IMG/VR virus record: IMGVR_UViG_2690316366_000001
Location: 44,555 to 108,554 of that record
Direction: 5' to 3' (one strand)
DNA from: a virus
Taxonomy: Duplodnaviria > Caudoviricetes
DNA length: 64,000 nt
This document shows positions 46,999 through 56,431 of this stretch, one piece after another (positions within the stretch are counted from its first letter, which is position 1; every line of letters starts with the position of its first letter). The position numbers and the translations under genes were made by a program. The notes below the pieces were generated by a model. That model did no database searches. It worked only from the letters and a program-made list of their open reading frames with translations, and was not told the origin of the DNA.

Positions 46999-47370
46999 AT
47001 GGCTATCCCAACCTGGCCCGCGGTCAATTATCGGCCGCAGAAGAGTGGCTTCCAGATCACGAAGCGGTTTCTTGATCCGATCGCGACCGACATGGAGGGC
47101 GGCAATACCCGCGAGCGGCCGCGCCCTGGCGATAATGTCGGAACCGTTGTGCAGACGATCAACCTGACACTTGCTGAGCATGACGCCTTCGTGGCTTGGG
47201 TCCGGGACACGATTGGCAACGGGAGCGGGCGGTTCACGGCGAGCATCTGGCTCGGATCGGCCTACGTCTCGAAGACGTGCAAGTTCGCCAAGGGTGGCAA
47301 GCCGTCCTACGTCCCGGTCGGGACAAGGTATGTCGCAGTATCCATGACGCTGATGGTGTTTGACCTCTGA
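46999..47370 (+). CDS. Putative distal tail protein
   Basis: TDMEGGNTRER motif; directly after tape measure. Confidence 0.7.
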   Translation: MAIPTWPAVNYRPQKSGFQITKRFLDPIATDMEGGNTRERPRPGDNVGTVVQTINLTLAEHDAFVAWVRDTIGNGSGRFTASIWLGSAYVSKTCKFAKGGKPSYVPVGTRYVAVSMTLMVFDL

Positions 47371-47894
47371 TGGCGAGTCACAGCGAAGCCCTGCTCGAGG
47401 CATATGCGTCGTGCCCGCCGAGCGCGCGCGTCTATCACACGCTCGAGATCTGGCAGTCGTCATTCGATGTTCCGGCGCGCGTCGTCGCAAATGTCGGCGA
47501 CGACATGACTTTCGGGATCGAATTGTCCGGTCCGCGCAATCCCGGCGAGACAGCGACGTTCATCGCTTGCCCGTTCGAGTCGACATATCCGGAGCAGCGG
47601 CAAGGCCAACCGCCGCAGACCAACATCAAGATCGACAACGTCAACCGCCAATTGCTGCCGAAGATCCGTGCGGCGCTGGGCTACCGCGAATACATCTCGG
47701 TCCTGTACCGAGAATATCTCGCGACGGATCTTACCCAACCGTCATACGGCGCCGTCGAGTTTGAGCTCCGCAACGTGAAGGTGGTTGGCACCTCGATTAC
47801 CGGCACCGTGATGGTGAAGAACCTGCAGAACAAGCGGTTTCCGCGGCTGACCAGGAATTACGATTATGTGCAATTTCCGTCGTTGCTGCCCTAG
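47370..47894 (+). CDS. Tail tip/hub protein (DUF1833-like)
   Basis: EAYAS, HTLEI, IDNV, YREYL, FP.L. Confidence 0.75.
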   Translation: MASHSEALLEAYASCPPSARVYHTLEIWQSSFDVPARVVANVGDDMTFGIELSGPRNPGETATFIACPFESTYPEQRQGQPPQTNIKIDNVNRQLLPKIRAALGYREYISVLYREYLATDLTQPSYGAVEFELRNVKVVGTSITGTVMVKNLQNKRFPRLTRNYDYVQFPSLLP

Positions 47895-48006
47895 TGGCCG
47901 GATGTCGGGCAAGAAGGTCGGCTCCTCGTCGCCTCAAATGGAAGCCGGAATACTTGCGGTGAGTAAATCGGGTCGCCGCTGCTCCGACAGGAGACCTCAG
48001 CAAGAC

Positions 48007-48396
48007 CTACAACGCTTGCCGCGATGAACCAGTTTCGGACTCTCCATTCAGCAGGAAAGCATCGATTGTGTGCTTGAGCGTATCCAGCGTACATGGTTTG
48101 AGTATGACCGGCGTTCCTTCGAATCCGTCGGGCGCGGCGTTGCTAACGTATCCACTCAAGAAAAAGAAGGGCAGCCCTCGGCGCTTTACTGCCTCGGCAA
48201 CTGGCCGCACGTTGGCGCCTTGCAAATTGATGTCGAGGATCGCGAGATCGTAGCCCTCAATCTCTGCAAGAGATCGCGCATCATCTACACAACCCGCTTC
48301 AGCGATGACTCTATGTCCGAGTTCCTCGACCATCTCGGCAAGCATCATTCGAATAAGCGCCTCATCTTCCACGAGGAGTATCGATGCCTGCGTCAT
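48007..48396 (-). CDS. Single-domain response regulator (receiver)
   Basis: ILLVEDE, AILDINL, FLSGY, ILKP. Confidence 0.9.
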   Translation of the reverse strand: MTQASILLVEDEALIRMMLAEMVEELGHRVIAEAGCVDDARSLAEIEGYDLAILDINLQGANVRPVAEAVKRRGLPFFFLSGYVSNAAPDGFEGTPVILKPCTLDTLKHTIDAFLLNGESETGSSRQAL

Positions 48397-48404
48397 GTCT
48401 CGCC

Positions 48405-48797
48405 TCAAGCCTTGCCTAAATCGGCTGCTGAGCGCTCGTTAAGGAGCTGAGAGACCGCTGTTGTAAGCTGGGCGGGGGCAAACGGTTTCTGAAGAATTGT
48501 GCTGTTGGGAACGCCTCGCGCCGGCCATTCGTGGGCTGCTGCGCCCGATATGTAGACGACGGGAAAATTTGGATCGACCTCGCGCGCCGCCCGCGCGACC
48601 TCCCAGCCGTTGAACCTTCCTAACAGATTGATGTCAGTCACAAGAGCGCAGTATGCAACGAGCCGACTCTTGAGCAGCGTCACCGCCTCCTCGCCGGACC
48701 TGGCGATGGCGGCCTTGAAGCCCCCCTCCGTCAGCGCATCCTCGACAATGCCTTGGATCGCATCATCGTCTTCTACGAGCAGAACTGTCGGCAGCAT
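48405..48797 (-). CDS. Single-domain response regulator (receiver)
   Basis: VLLVEDD, LVTDINL, YISG, LQKPF. Confidence 0.9.
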   Translation of the reverse strand: MLPTVLLVEDDDAIQGIVEDALTEGGFKAAIARSGEEAVTLLKSRLVAYCALVTDINLLGRFNGWEVARAAREVDPNFPVVYISGAAAHEWPARGVPNSTILQKPFAPAQLTTAVSQLLNERSAADLGKA

Positions 48798-48901
48798 TTC
48801 CGGCAAAGTTTCCCCCCGGGGCACACGTGAACTGGACGTTACAAAGTGCACGCAACAAAAGTTCCTAGGATCGGGAAAATTTGGCAGTCTTGGAACCCGG
48901 T

Positions 48902-49207
48902 TTAGCTCGTGTCGGAGGATTTCTTCGCCTTAGCCTTTTGGCGAATGAAGCTGACCTGCAACTCTTCGCCGTTTACTCGTTCGAGCTGACAGCGACGATA
49001 GGCAAGTCCTGTGGACGAAAGCAGAAGAAAGAACTCCTTCAGGATCAACCCCTCAATTGAGGTCTCAACTTGAAGTTTCGCCCCGAGATCTGAGATATCC
49101 TTAAGCACGCATGAGCGACACCACGTGCCATCGATGGCCATCATCAGCGCGGGCAACGGATGCTCAAAGGTGACCCGTCGGCCTTCTTGCTCTTTTTTTG
49201 CGGGCAT
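48902..49207 (-). CDS. PilZ-domain protein (RxxxR motif degenerate)
   Basis: AIDGTW.RSC.LKDISDLGAKL, EFFLLLSSTGLAYRRC. Confidence 0.85.
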   Translation of the reverse strand: MPAKKEQEGRRVTFEHPLPALMMAIDGTWCRSCVLKDISDLGAKLQVETSIEGLILKEFFLLLSSTGLAYRRCQLERVNGEELQVSFIRQKAKAKKSSDTS

Positions 49208-49318
49208 TGCGTAAACAGAAGTGATCCCGCCGTTGTATGTCCAACCAACTAACAGGACGTAACCAGGCTCGGGAAAACTTGGCAAGTTAGCCCGGGCCCA
49301 CTCTGATAATTGGCGCAG

Positions 49319-49498
49319 CTAGACCTCTGGGCGAGACTGCTTCATCGCGCGCTCCACCTCATCAGCCAGATTGCGGTGATGGGCAGCGAGCTTGGCGAAT
49401 AGCTCTTTCTTAATTGCATTGGTCGCGAGCTTGCTGATCAGTTCGCACTCTTCCGCCTCGGTACGAAGCTTCTCTAGGTGCGCCGCCATGTCCTTCAT
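49319..49498 (-). CDS. Small helical hypothetical protein of host type
   Basis: MKDMAAHLEKLRTEAEECELIS..AT...K.ELFAKLA.H. Confidence 0.7.
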   Translation of the reverse strand: MKDMAAHLEKLRTEAEECELISKLATNAIKKELFAKLAAHHRNLADEVERAMKQSRPEV

Positions 49499-49595
49499 TT
49501 CGGTCTTCCCCCGCGACGTTAGGGAGCGTTCCGCAGAGGGAACTGAAACGCAATAACCTATGATAACCCTCTCCAAGGCGGGAGCGCGAAACCGC

Positions 49596-49805
49596 TCAGT
49601 TGGGTGCCAGCAATTGCCCTCGTAGCCATCTGTTCGTTCTCGGGGATTTCATTGGATCAACCAGATCGGCGACGGTTTGGGCGACGTCATTGCATTCGGG
49701 GCACTCAAAGGTGAGGATTTTGAAGCCCGAGGGGCTCGGTGTGATCCGTGCCAGCGTGGCTGCTGTTCGACACGTAGAGCATAGCGTTCGCGGATAGGGG
49801 AACAT
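49596..49805 (-). CDS. Small zinc-ribbon protein
   Basis: CSTC...TFECPEC...DPMKS; GAGG RBS. Confidence 0.7.
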   Translation of the reverse strand: MFPYPRTLCSTCRTAATLARITPSPSGFKILTFECPECNDVAQTVADLVDPMKSPRTNRWLRGQLLAPN

Positions 49806-50076
49806 GTTGCGCGCCTCTATCAGGCGGGAGCGTTACAGAACTCTCAGTCGCCGGGTGGTTGCCAGAGGTGGGCCGGCGATGACGTAATATGGGAACTTCC
49901 GGTGTTCCGGCGCTGGTCAAAAAGGATCACACGCCAAAAGTAAATTAACGTGTCGTTAGCAAATCGGGACCTTTTCGGATTGAAATTAGAACAATTGCAC
50001 TAAAACTACGCCCAAATTCGTTGTTTGTTCTCATCGGACTAAATCCCTTGATCTAGATCAACTGGTCGAGGGGCGA

Positions 50077-50091
50077 GAACGGACCTAGAAC
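50077..50091. promoter_or_regulatory. Alphaproteobacterial LexA box (GAAC-N7-GAAC)
   Basis: GAAC-GGACCTA-GAAC in an intergenic AT-rich region; near-match ATTC-N7-GTTC at 50016-50030. Confidence 0.5.
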
Positions 50092-50226
50092 TCGCTTCAC
50101 GAACTGCCGCCAAGCCCGGATCGGGTCAAAAAGCGGCCCATGGCGTCAAACCGACCGACGTCCGCCCTTTCTTCAATAAACCGCTGCCATCAAGGCACCC
50201 GCCAAGCCATCGGGAGGCAACGGCTC

Positions 50227-50643
50227 TTGCCCATTAACCGTTCGTCCTTCCTGTCGGCCCTGATCGGCGAGCCGTGGGCCTGGCAGTCCCGCAACTGCTG
50301 GGATTTCGCCTGCCATGTGCAGCGCGAGCTGTTCGGCCGCGAGCTGCCGCGCGTCCCGGTGCCAAACGACTTCTCGAAGCGCTGGGTGCTCGAGTCCTTT
50401 GAGGGACATCCAGAACGGGATTTCTGGCGCGAGGTGCCGGAGGGGCCCGGCGGTCTCGTCATTGCCGCGGATGGTGCGCTGGTCCTGATGGCGCATCTCC
50501 GCACACCGGCGCACATCGGCGTCTGGCTGAAATACGAGCAGCGGGTCATCCACTGCGACGAGAAGCAGGGTGTCGCCTGCGAAACTGTTCTGGCCCTGCG
50601 ACAAATGGGTTGGAAGAAACTCCGGTTTTTCGAGCCGAACTGA
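50227..50643 (+). CDS. NlpC/P60-like tail tip assembly protein
   Basis: IGEPW...NCWDF...HIGVW...VIHC; GGAGG RBS, TTG start. Confidence 0.8.
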   Translation: MPINRSSFLSALIGEPWAWQSRNCWDFACHVQRELFGRELPRVPVPNDFSKRWVLESFEGHPERDFWREVPEGPGGLVIAADGALVLMAHLRTPAHIGVWLKYEQRVIHCDEKQGVACETVLALRQMGWKKLRFFEPN

Positions 50644-50644
50644 C

Positions 50645-53600
50645 ATGCATGGATCGTTGAAACCAGCACGGGCGCCACGCACACCGGCGCCGCGGCCGCG
50701 TGACCGCCGCCGGCGCGAGCGTGTTGCCCCCCGCCATCCCGCCCTGCATCTCGTGATGCCGGGGCTCGAGGTCGCGCGCGCTGAGCCGCGCCCGCGCGAG
50801 ACCGTGACGTCGTTTCTGCGCCGGACGAACTGGGCGTGGCGTGATCGCACCTATGGCTGGCAGTTCGCGAAGGGGCTGCCGACCATCCTCGAGATCAACG
50901 GCGAGGCGGTGCTGCGGAAGGAATGGCGCCGGCGCCGGATCGGTTCCGCGGACCAGGTCCGGTTTCTCAGCTTCCCGCGTGGGGGCGGGCAGGGCGGCAA
51001 CGCCGTCAAGCAGGTCATCGGGATCGTCGCGCTGGTTGCTGTCTCGGCGTTCGCACTGTGGGCGCCCGTCGGTCTGTTCGGTCTCACCGCCGGCAGCTTT
51101 GGCGCAACAGCACTTGGTGCCGGTCTCGCGATCGGCGGCACGCTGCTCGTCAACGCGCTGATCCTGCCGAAGGCCGGAGCGACCAATTCGCCGAGCGCGA
51201 CGCCGGACCAGATCTACTCGGTGACGGCACAGGGCAACGTCGCGAAGCTGGGACAGCCGCTGCCGGTTTGGTACGGCCGCCTGAAGGCCTTCCCGGACTT
51301 CGCTGCGACACCGTGGGCCGAATTCGTCGGCAACGATCAATACCTCAACCTGCTGCTGTCGGTCTCGATGGGCACCATGTCCTACGAAAAGATCTACGTC
51401 GAAGACACGGTCTTCTGGGATCCGGTCAACGGCGTCTCGGCGGCGTTTGCCGGCGCGCAGGTCGCGTTCTACGCGCCGGGCGCTACGGTCACGCTGTTCC
51501 CGACCAACGTCGACCAGTCGACCGAAGTCACTGGCCAGCAGCTGCCGTCCGGTTCGGGCACATCTGGCGGTCAATACGATGCCATGGGCGCGCCGTTGCC
51601 CCCGTCGGCAAGGACGCCCGGTCCCTGGGTGGGGCCGTTCGTCGCCAACCCGGCCGGCACGCTGTCCCAGTCGATCGCTGTCGACTTCGCGTTCCCGGCC
51701 GGCTGCTTCACCATTAATGGCAAGGACAATTCGATTGGGTTTTCGAACGTCGGGCTGACGGCCGAATACGCTACCTGCGATGATGCCGGCACCCAAACTG
51801 GTCCGTTCACGACGCTCTTTTCGACCTCGTTCCAGTACGCATCCCAAGCGCCTGTACGCAACAGCGTGAAGGTCGACGTCTTCCCGGGCCGATACCTGGT
51901 CCGCTTCCGGCGCGAAGATGCCGAGCTCGCTGGTACCGGCGGCTCCAATTCTGTGATCTGGGCCGGCTTGCGCTCGTTCTTAAAGGGAAGCAACTCGTTC
52001 CCGGACGTCTCGACGATCGCGATCCGGATCAAGGCGTCACAGTCGACGCAGGGCTCCTACAAGTTCGGCGTACTGGCCACGCGAGTGCTGCCGGTTTGGA
52101 ACGGGGCGGCCTTTGTGTCGCAGGCGACGCGGAGTCCGGGCTGGGCGTTCTTCGATTCCGTCACGAATACCCAGTACGGGTCGGGCCTCGGCATCTCGAA
52201 GGTCGATTTCAACTCCGTCGTGAACTTCGCGGCGGGCTGCACGAGCCGCGGCGATACGTTCGATTTCCGCTTCGACTCCGCCGTCGCAGTACCAGATGCG
52301 TTCGACAAGATCCTGGCCGTCGCGAGAGCGAAGCATTTCTGGCTCGGGGACACCGTCTCGATCGTCCGCGACGAATGGCGCGACGTCCCGACAATGCTGC
52401 TGACCGACCGCGAAATCGTTAGGGACTCGACCGCGATCGATTTCACGATGCTCGGCGAGGAAGACCCGGACGCGGTCATCCTCGAATATGTCGACGAGAG
52501 CACCTGGCAGGCGGCGCAGGTCCAGTATCCGCCGAACGGCGACACCTTCACCTCGCTCAACGCCACGACCATCCGTCTCGATGGCGTCGTCAATCGTCAG
52601 CAGGCCTTCCGCGAGTGCGGCTTCACCTATCTTCAGTCGTTCTACCGCCGCGAGAACGTCACGATCGGCGTCGAGTACGAGGGGCGGGCGATCACGCTCG
52701 GCTCCGTGATCCGGGTGCAGACCGAACTGCCGCAGGCCTATGGATATGGTGGCGCGGTGGTTGGCGTTGCCGGCAACGGCTTGACGCTCGATCCGGCACC
52801 CACATGGGGTAGCGGGCCCTTCTATATCCGGCTGCGCCGGCCTAATGGCAAGTTCTTCGGCCCCATCTTGTGCACGGAGGGCGCCAACGCCGCGATCGCG
52901 AACCTCGACCCGACCAGCTTGGCGGCTGCGCAATCGGCGCAATCCACAACACTTTCCGCGGTGCTGGCGCGAGAGGATGGCGGAGAGCCGCCTTCCTTTG
53001 AACTCGGTACCGGCGAGAGTTCGTCCAAGCTCTGTCTCGTCCTGAATGGCACACCGAATGGCGATACCTGCTCGCTGAGCCTGGTGGTTGACGATGAGCG
53101 GGTCCACGCAACCGATCTCGGCTCTCCTCCGATACTGCCGAGTCCGCAATATCCGTCGAATGCCAAGGTCCCGCTGGTCTACGGTCTGAACGCCTACATC
53201 AGCCAAGGCACTGCCGAGCCGCGGCTGTTCGCGAGCTGGTTTCCGACCGAGGGCGCCATCTACTACGTCGCCGGCATCTCCTACGACGACGGTAAGAACT
53301 GGACGCAGGTCTACGAGGGTGCCGAGAACCAATTCGACGTTATCGTCAGCCTGGCTGCCGCCACGCTACGGGTGCAGGCCGTCAACGCGACCATGCGCGG
53401 AGCGTATTCGACCGTGGAGCTCGACGCGCCAACGGTCAAGCTGTCGCCGGGCCTCGTCACGCTAGAGTCGTTCAACGCCGCTCTGAAGAAGCAGGTGGCC
53501 GACGTCACCGATCAGAACAACGATGAGATCAATGCAGCACTGCAAGCGACCTTTGCGAACGTCGCCAATCAGGATGCCCGCAACTGGTTGGACAAGAAGA

Positions 53601-54151
53601 CGCTCAGGTCCGAATTCTCGACCCGCGTCGGTGCAGCATTCGCGCAGATCGCCACAGTCCAGACCGTGGCCGTCGACGCGCAGCAGGCGGTAGCGGATCT
53701 CAGCACGTCCGTTTCAGCCCAGTTCGGCGACGTCAACGCGTCGATCACCGAACAGTCGACGGCGATCGCGCAACTCGGTGGATATGCTGCCGCTGCCTGG
53801 TCTCTGACCCTCAACGTGAACGGCTACATTTCCGGCATTCAGCTGGTTAACGGCGGATCGGGAGTTTCGGCATTCACGGTCGTTGCCGACAAGTTCCAGA
53901 TCCAGCTGCCTGGTTACAACGGCGGCGCACCGAAGGCGGTCTTCACCGTTGGCACAATTGGCGGCGTCGCCTCGATCGGGATCACAGCCAATCTGTTTTT
54001 GGACGGCGTCCTCACGGCGCGCATGATGAACATCGGCGTGTTGAGCGCGATTACCGCCAACATCGGGACGGTGACTGCTGGCATCATCCAAAGCACGGAT
54101 GGCAAGACGGTATTCAACCTGACAGCCGGTACGCTCATCATCTCGGAGTGA
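50645..54151 (+). CDS. Central tail tip / host specificity protein (gpI+gpJ-like)
   Basis: Ubiquitin-like N-terminal part, GQPLPVWYG, coiled coil and C-terminal NGYISGI...F.V.ADKF.I. Confidence 0.88.
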   Translation: MHGSLKPARAPRTPAPRPRDRRRRERVAPRHPALHLVMPGLEVARAEPRPRETVTSFLRRTNWAWRDRTYGWQFAKGLPTILEINGEAVLRKEWRRRRIGSADQVRFLSFPRGGGQGGNAVKQVIGIVALVAVSAFALWAPVGLFGLTAGSFGATALGAGLAIGGTLLVNALILPKAGATNSPSATPDQIYSVTAQGNVAKLGQPLPVWYGRLKAFPDFAATPWAEFVGNDQYLNLLLSVSMGTMSYEKIYVEDTVFWDPVNGVSAAFAGAQVAFYAPGATVTLFPTNVDQSTEVTGQQLPSGSGTSGGQYDAMGAPLPPSARTPGPWVGPFVANPAGTLSQSIAVDFAFPAGCFTINGKDNSIGFSNVGLTAEYATCDDAGTQTGPFTTLFSTSFQYASQAPVRNSVKVDVFPGRYLVRFRREDAELAGTGGSNSVIWAGLRSFLKGSNSFPDVSTIAIRIKASQSTQGSYKFGVLATRVLPVWNGAAFVSQATRSPGWAFFDSVTNTQYGSGLGISKVDFNSVVNFAAGCTSRGDTFDFRFDSAVAVPDAFDKILAVARAKHFWLGDTVSIVRDEWRDVPTMLLTDREIVRDSTAIDFTMLGEEDPDAVILEYVDESTWQAAQVQYPPNGDTFTSLNATTIRLDGVVNRQQAFRECGFTYLQSFYRRENVTIGVEYEGRAITLGSVIRVQTELPQAYGYGGAVVGVAGNGLTLDPAPTWGSGPFYIRLRRPNGKFFGPILCTEGANAAIANLDPTSLAAAQSAQSTTLSAVLAREDGGEPPSFELGTGESSSKLCLVLNGTPNGDTCSLSLVVDDERVHATDLGSPPILPSPQYPSNAKVPLVYGLNAYISQGTAEPRLFASWFPTEGAIYYVAGISYDDGKNWTQVYEGAENQFDVIVSLAAATLRVQAVNATMRGAYSTVELDAPTVKLSPGLVTLESFNAALKKQVADVTDQNNDEINAALQATFANVANQDARNWLDKKTLRSEFSTRVGAAFAQIATVQTVAVDAQQAVADLSTSVSAQFGDVNASITEQSTAIAQLGGYAAAAWSLTLNVNGYISGIQLVNGGSGVSAFTVVADKFQIQLPGYNGGAPKAVFTVGTIGGVASIGITANLFLDGVLTARMMNIGVLSAITANIGTVTAGIIQSTDGKTVFNLTAGTLIISE

Positions 54152-54157
54152 TCTGAG

Positions 54158-54595
54158 ATGGCTGTCCGGATCTATATCGATGCCACGAGGGTCACGGTTT
54201 CAAAGCCCGGATACGACGCGCAGTTTCCACCAGCCGTCGACTACAAGTATCTGTCGCTGGACAGCCGGTTGAACCAAGGTCGACCCTTGGAGGTCGGGGT
54301 CATCCCGGCTTACACGTTCCTGAGCGGAGCCAAGATCCTCTACTCGGGGGCGTATCCGACGCCACCTGCGGTGGACATCGTCCTCTACAATCTCGTCTCG
54401 GGCGTCGCCGCCTATGGTCAGACGATGGTGATGAGGGATGCCAACAGTAGCACGGCCATTCAGCGATCGCCGTTCGCGGTCCAATGCTTCAAGGACGGCT
54501 TCATCCCGGACGACTCTGGCCTCGTGTTTGCGAGATACTCCAGGTTGCACGGCGTCGTTTACAGGCTGTTCTATATCGCTTGGAAGGTCTGGTAG
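54158..54595 (+). CDS. Tail tip accessory protein
   Basis: VSKPGYDA...LDS; after the J-like gene. Confidence 0.65.
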   Translation: MAVRIYIDATRVTVSKPGYDAQFPPAVDYKYLSLDSRLNQGRPLEVGVIPAYTFLSGAKILYSGAYPTPPAVDIVLYNLVSGVAAYGQTMVMRDANSSTAIQRSPFAVQCFKDGFIPDDSGLVFARYSRLHGVVYRLFYIAWKVW

Positions 54596-55035
54596 TGGCG
54601 CGGCGCTTCCTTCTCGGCCTGCACCCGACCCTCGGTCAGTACGGCCTTTGGCTATCCGTGCCGGGTGTGGATGTCGTCTCGGCCACGGCGGCCGCTAGCT
54701 TCCTGCTCAAGTCCGATGTCAAGAACGAGCAGGTGATCATGTCCGGCAGCATCTTTCTGCCGGCATTCAGCGGCGATGTCGCGGTGCCTTACCCAGCAAC
54801 GCTTCCACAGAACCCTCTTGTTTCGTTTCGGACTTACATCGACTCGGGTGTGGTGTCGTACCCGTACCGGCTGGATATGGCGATTCCGAGGGATATCACG
54901 ATCGGCGGCGTCACGGTCTACGAGATCTCGAATGGTTTCCGCATCTACAACAACCAGATGATCTTCAACAACGCGGTCAGTGAAGCGTACGGCATCTACG
55001 TCGACTACATGGTCTTCAACCGGAGTCTGGGATGA
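54595..55035 (+). CDS. Tail tip accessory protein (paralog)
   Basis: GLWLSVPGVDV; GTG start overlapping the stop. Confidence 0.6.
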   Translation: MARRFLLGLHPTLGQYGLWLSVPGVDVVSATAAASFLLKSDVKNEQVIMSGSIFLPAFSGDVAVPYPATLPQNPLVSFRTYIDSGVVSYPYRLDMAIPRDITIGGVTVYEISNGFRIYNNQMIFNNAVSEAYGIYVDYMVFNRSLG

Positions 55036-55436
55036 CCCAACGCGTCCTGATGCAGGGTGGCGCGGTTGCGAAGCTGGTTGTCAGCAAGCCCGGCGTGGAT
55101 GCGTCCGTCGCAAACCTTGACCAGACCGTGTTCGACTCCAGATGGTCGGGCCATCAGTTCTACCTGAGCGGCACGCTGGACAGCATCAACGACAGTGTTG
55201 CCACGCAGGCATTCGGAGAGACGTTGCCGGAGGTGCCATTCATGCTCGGGTACTGCGATCCCAGCATCCTTTTGAACCCTGGGGGGCAGTACCTCCAGTG
55301 CGAAGCCTATCGAGGTGGAGGCACTGACTTCTGGATCTATGCCGCGGTGACCAGCTCGTCCATCACGTTCCGGTTCAAGTTCGGCAACCAGCAGGGCCGG
55401 CTTTATTATTCGCTCTTCAGGAGGATCGCGGGATGA
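55032..55436 (+). CDS. Tail tip accessory protein (paralog)
   Basis: LVVSKPGVDA...FDS. Confidence 0.65.
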   Translation: MTQRVLMQGGAVAKLVVSKPGVDASVANLDQTVFDSRWSGHQFYLSGTLDSINDSVATQAFGETLPEVPFMLGYCDPSILLNPGGQYLQCEAYRGGGTDFWIYAAVTSSSITFRFKFGNQQGRLYYSLFRRIAG

Positions 55437-55993
55437 GCGGAGTGACGCTCGATAGTGCTTGGGCCGTCCCCGGGTTCGTACCGGTCGGTGCTGACGGACA
55501 GGCAAAAACGGTTGGCGTGGAGCCCGTCACGATCGAAGAGCCAGAAGCGCTCAACAAGACCAAAACGCTCGTCAGGCACGACGCCAACGGCTTCATCACC
55601 CAAGTCATTCTCGAGGCCGCGAGGCCGATGGATGAGATATCGAAGTCGTTCACGGAGGCGGGGATCGACCACATCCTTTATGACGGCCCAGTAGATATCA
55701 AAGAGGCCTATATCGATCTCTCGAAGGATCCACCGGAAGTTCTGCCGAAACCGGAGATCGCCATCACCGGTGACATCAGACCGATAAAGGCCGATGGTGT
55801 CGACGCGCTGCACCTGACAGTGCAGCCGGAGAAGTGCACGGTCTACGTCTGGTACGACAACAAGTTGGTGCACCAAGAAGACGTCACAGACGGTGCCATC
55901 GAGTTCGCGATCGACCAGCCCGGTACGTTCAGGGTGACGATCGTCGCCGGACATCCCTACCAGGTCGGCGCCTTTGATGTGGTGGCACAATGA
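55433..55993 (+). CDS. Tail-associated hypothetical protein
   Basis: ATGA overlaps; IKADGVD and Ig-like C-terminus. Confidence 0.6.
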   Translation: MSGVTLDSAWAVPGFVPVGADGQAKTVGVEPVTIEEPEALNKTKTLVRHDANGFITQVILEAARPMDEISKSFTEAGIDHILYDGPVDIKEAYIDLSKDPPEVLPKPEIAITGDIRPIKADGVDALHLTVQPEKCTVYVWYDNKLVHQEDVTDGAIEFAIDQPGTFRVTIVAGHPYQVGAFDVVAQ

Positions 55994-56358
55994 AGATCAG
56001 CATCTCTCCGCTTGTCCAGGAGAAGAAGCGGGCGGAACGCAGGATCAACACGTTCCTGATGGTAGACGGTCATGACGTCGCCCATGCCCGCAAGCATATG
56101 CTCGCGCTGGCCGTCCAGAGCGGAGCAGCGCCTACCGCGGAATTCGAGGAAGCCGCTAAGATCGAGGGAAAGACCGCGCAGGAACTCGCCGCCATTATCC
56201 TCGCGAAACCGGACGAGCTCATGGTCAAGGAAAACAGGCGCCGGAGTCTCCTCGTAGCGGCTCGAAACGCGGAGACCTTGGAGGAACTGAACAAGCTCCT
56301 CGAGGACAACAGGGTGCCGGCGCATTACGAGGACCAGCGGCTGGCATTGCTGCCATAG
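55990..56358 (+). CDS. Tail-associated hypothetical protein
   Basis: ATGA overlap; EA..EG.T..ELA..I pattern. Confidence 0.6.
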   Translation: MKISISPLVQEKKRAERRINTFLMVDGHDVAHARKHMLALAVQSGAAPTAEFEEAAKIEGKTAQELAAIILAKPDELMVKENRRRSLLVAARNAETLEELNKLLEDNRVPAHYEDQRLALLP

Positions 56359-56431
56359 CCCCCGTTCCTGGAGCCGATAACTCCTCCTCTCTCCAACAAC
56401 ACCACGAAGCTTCAATCGAGAGGTTCTCGAG

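Noticed and set aside
32696-53332. Long minus-strand ORFs opposite capsid, tail tube, tape measure and J-like genes (e.g. 32696-34216, 37754-39241, 43924-45480, 50546-51847, 52037-53332)
   Set aside because: Antisense shadows caused by codon bias; the plus-strand products are clearly recognisable phage proteins.
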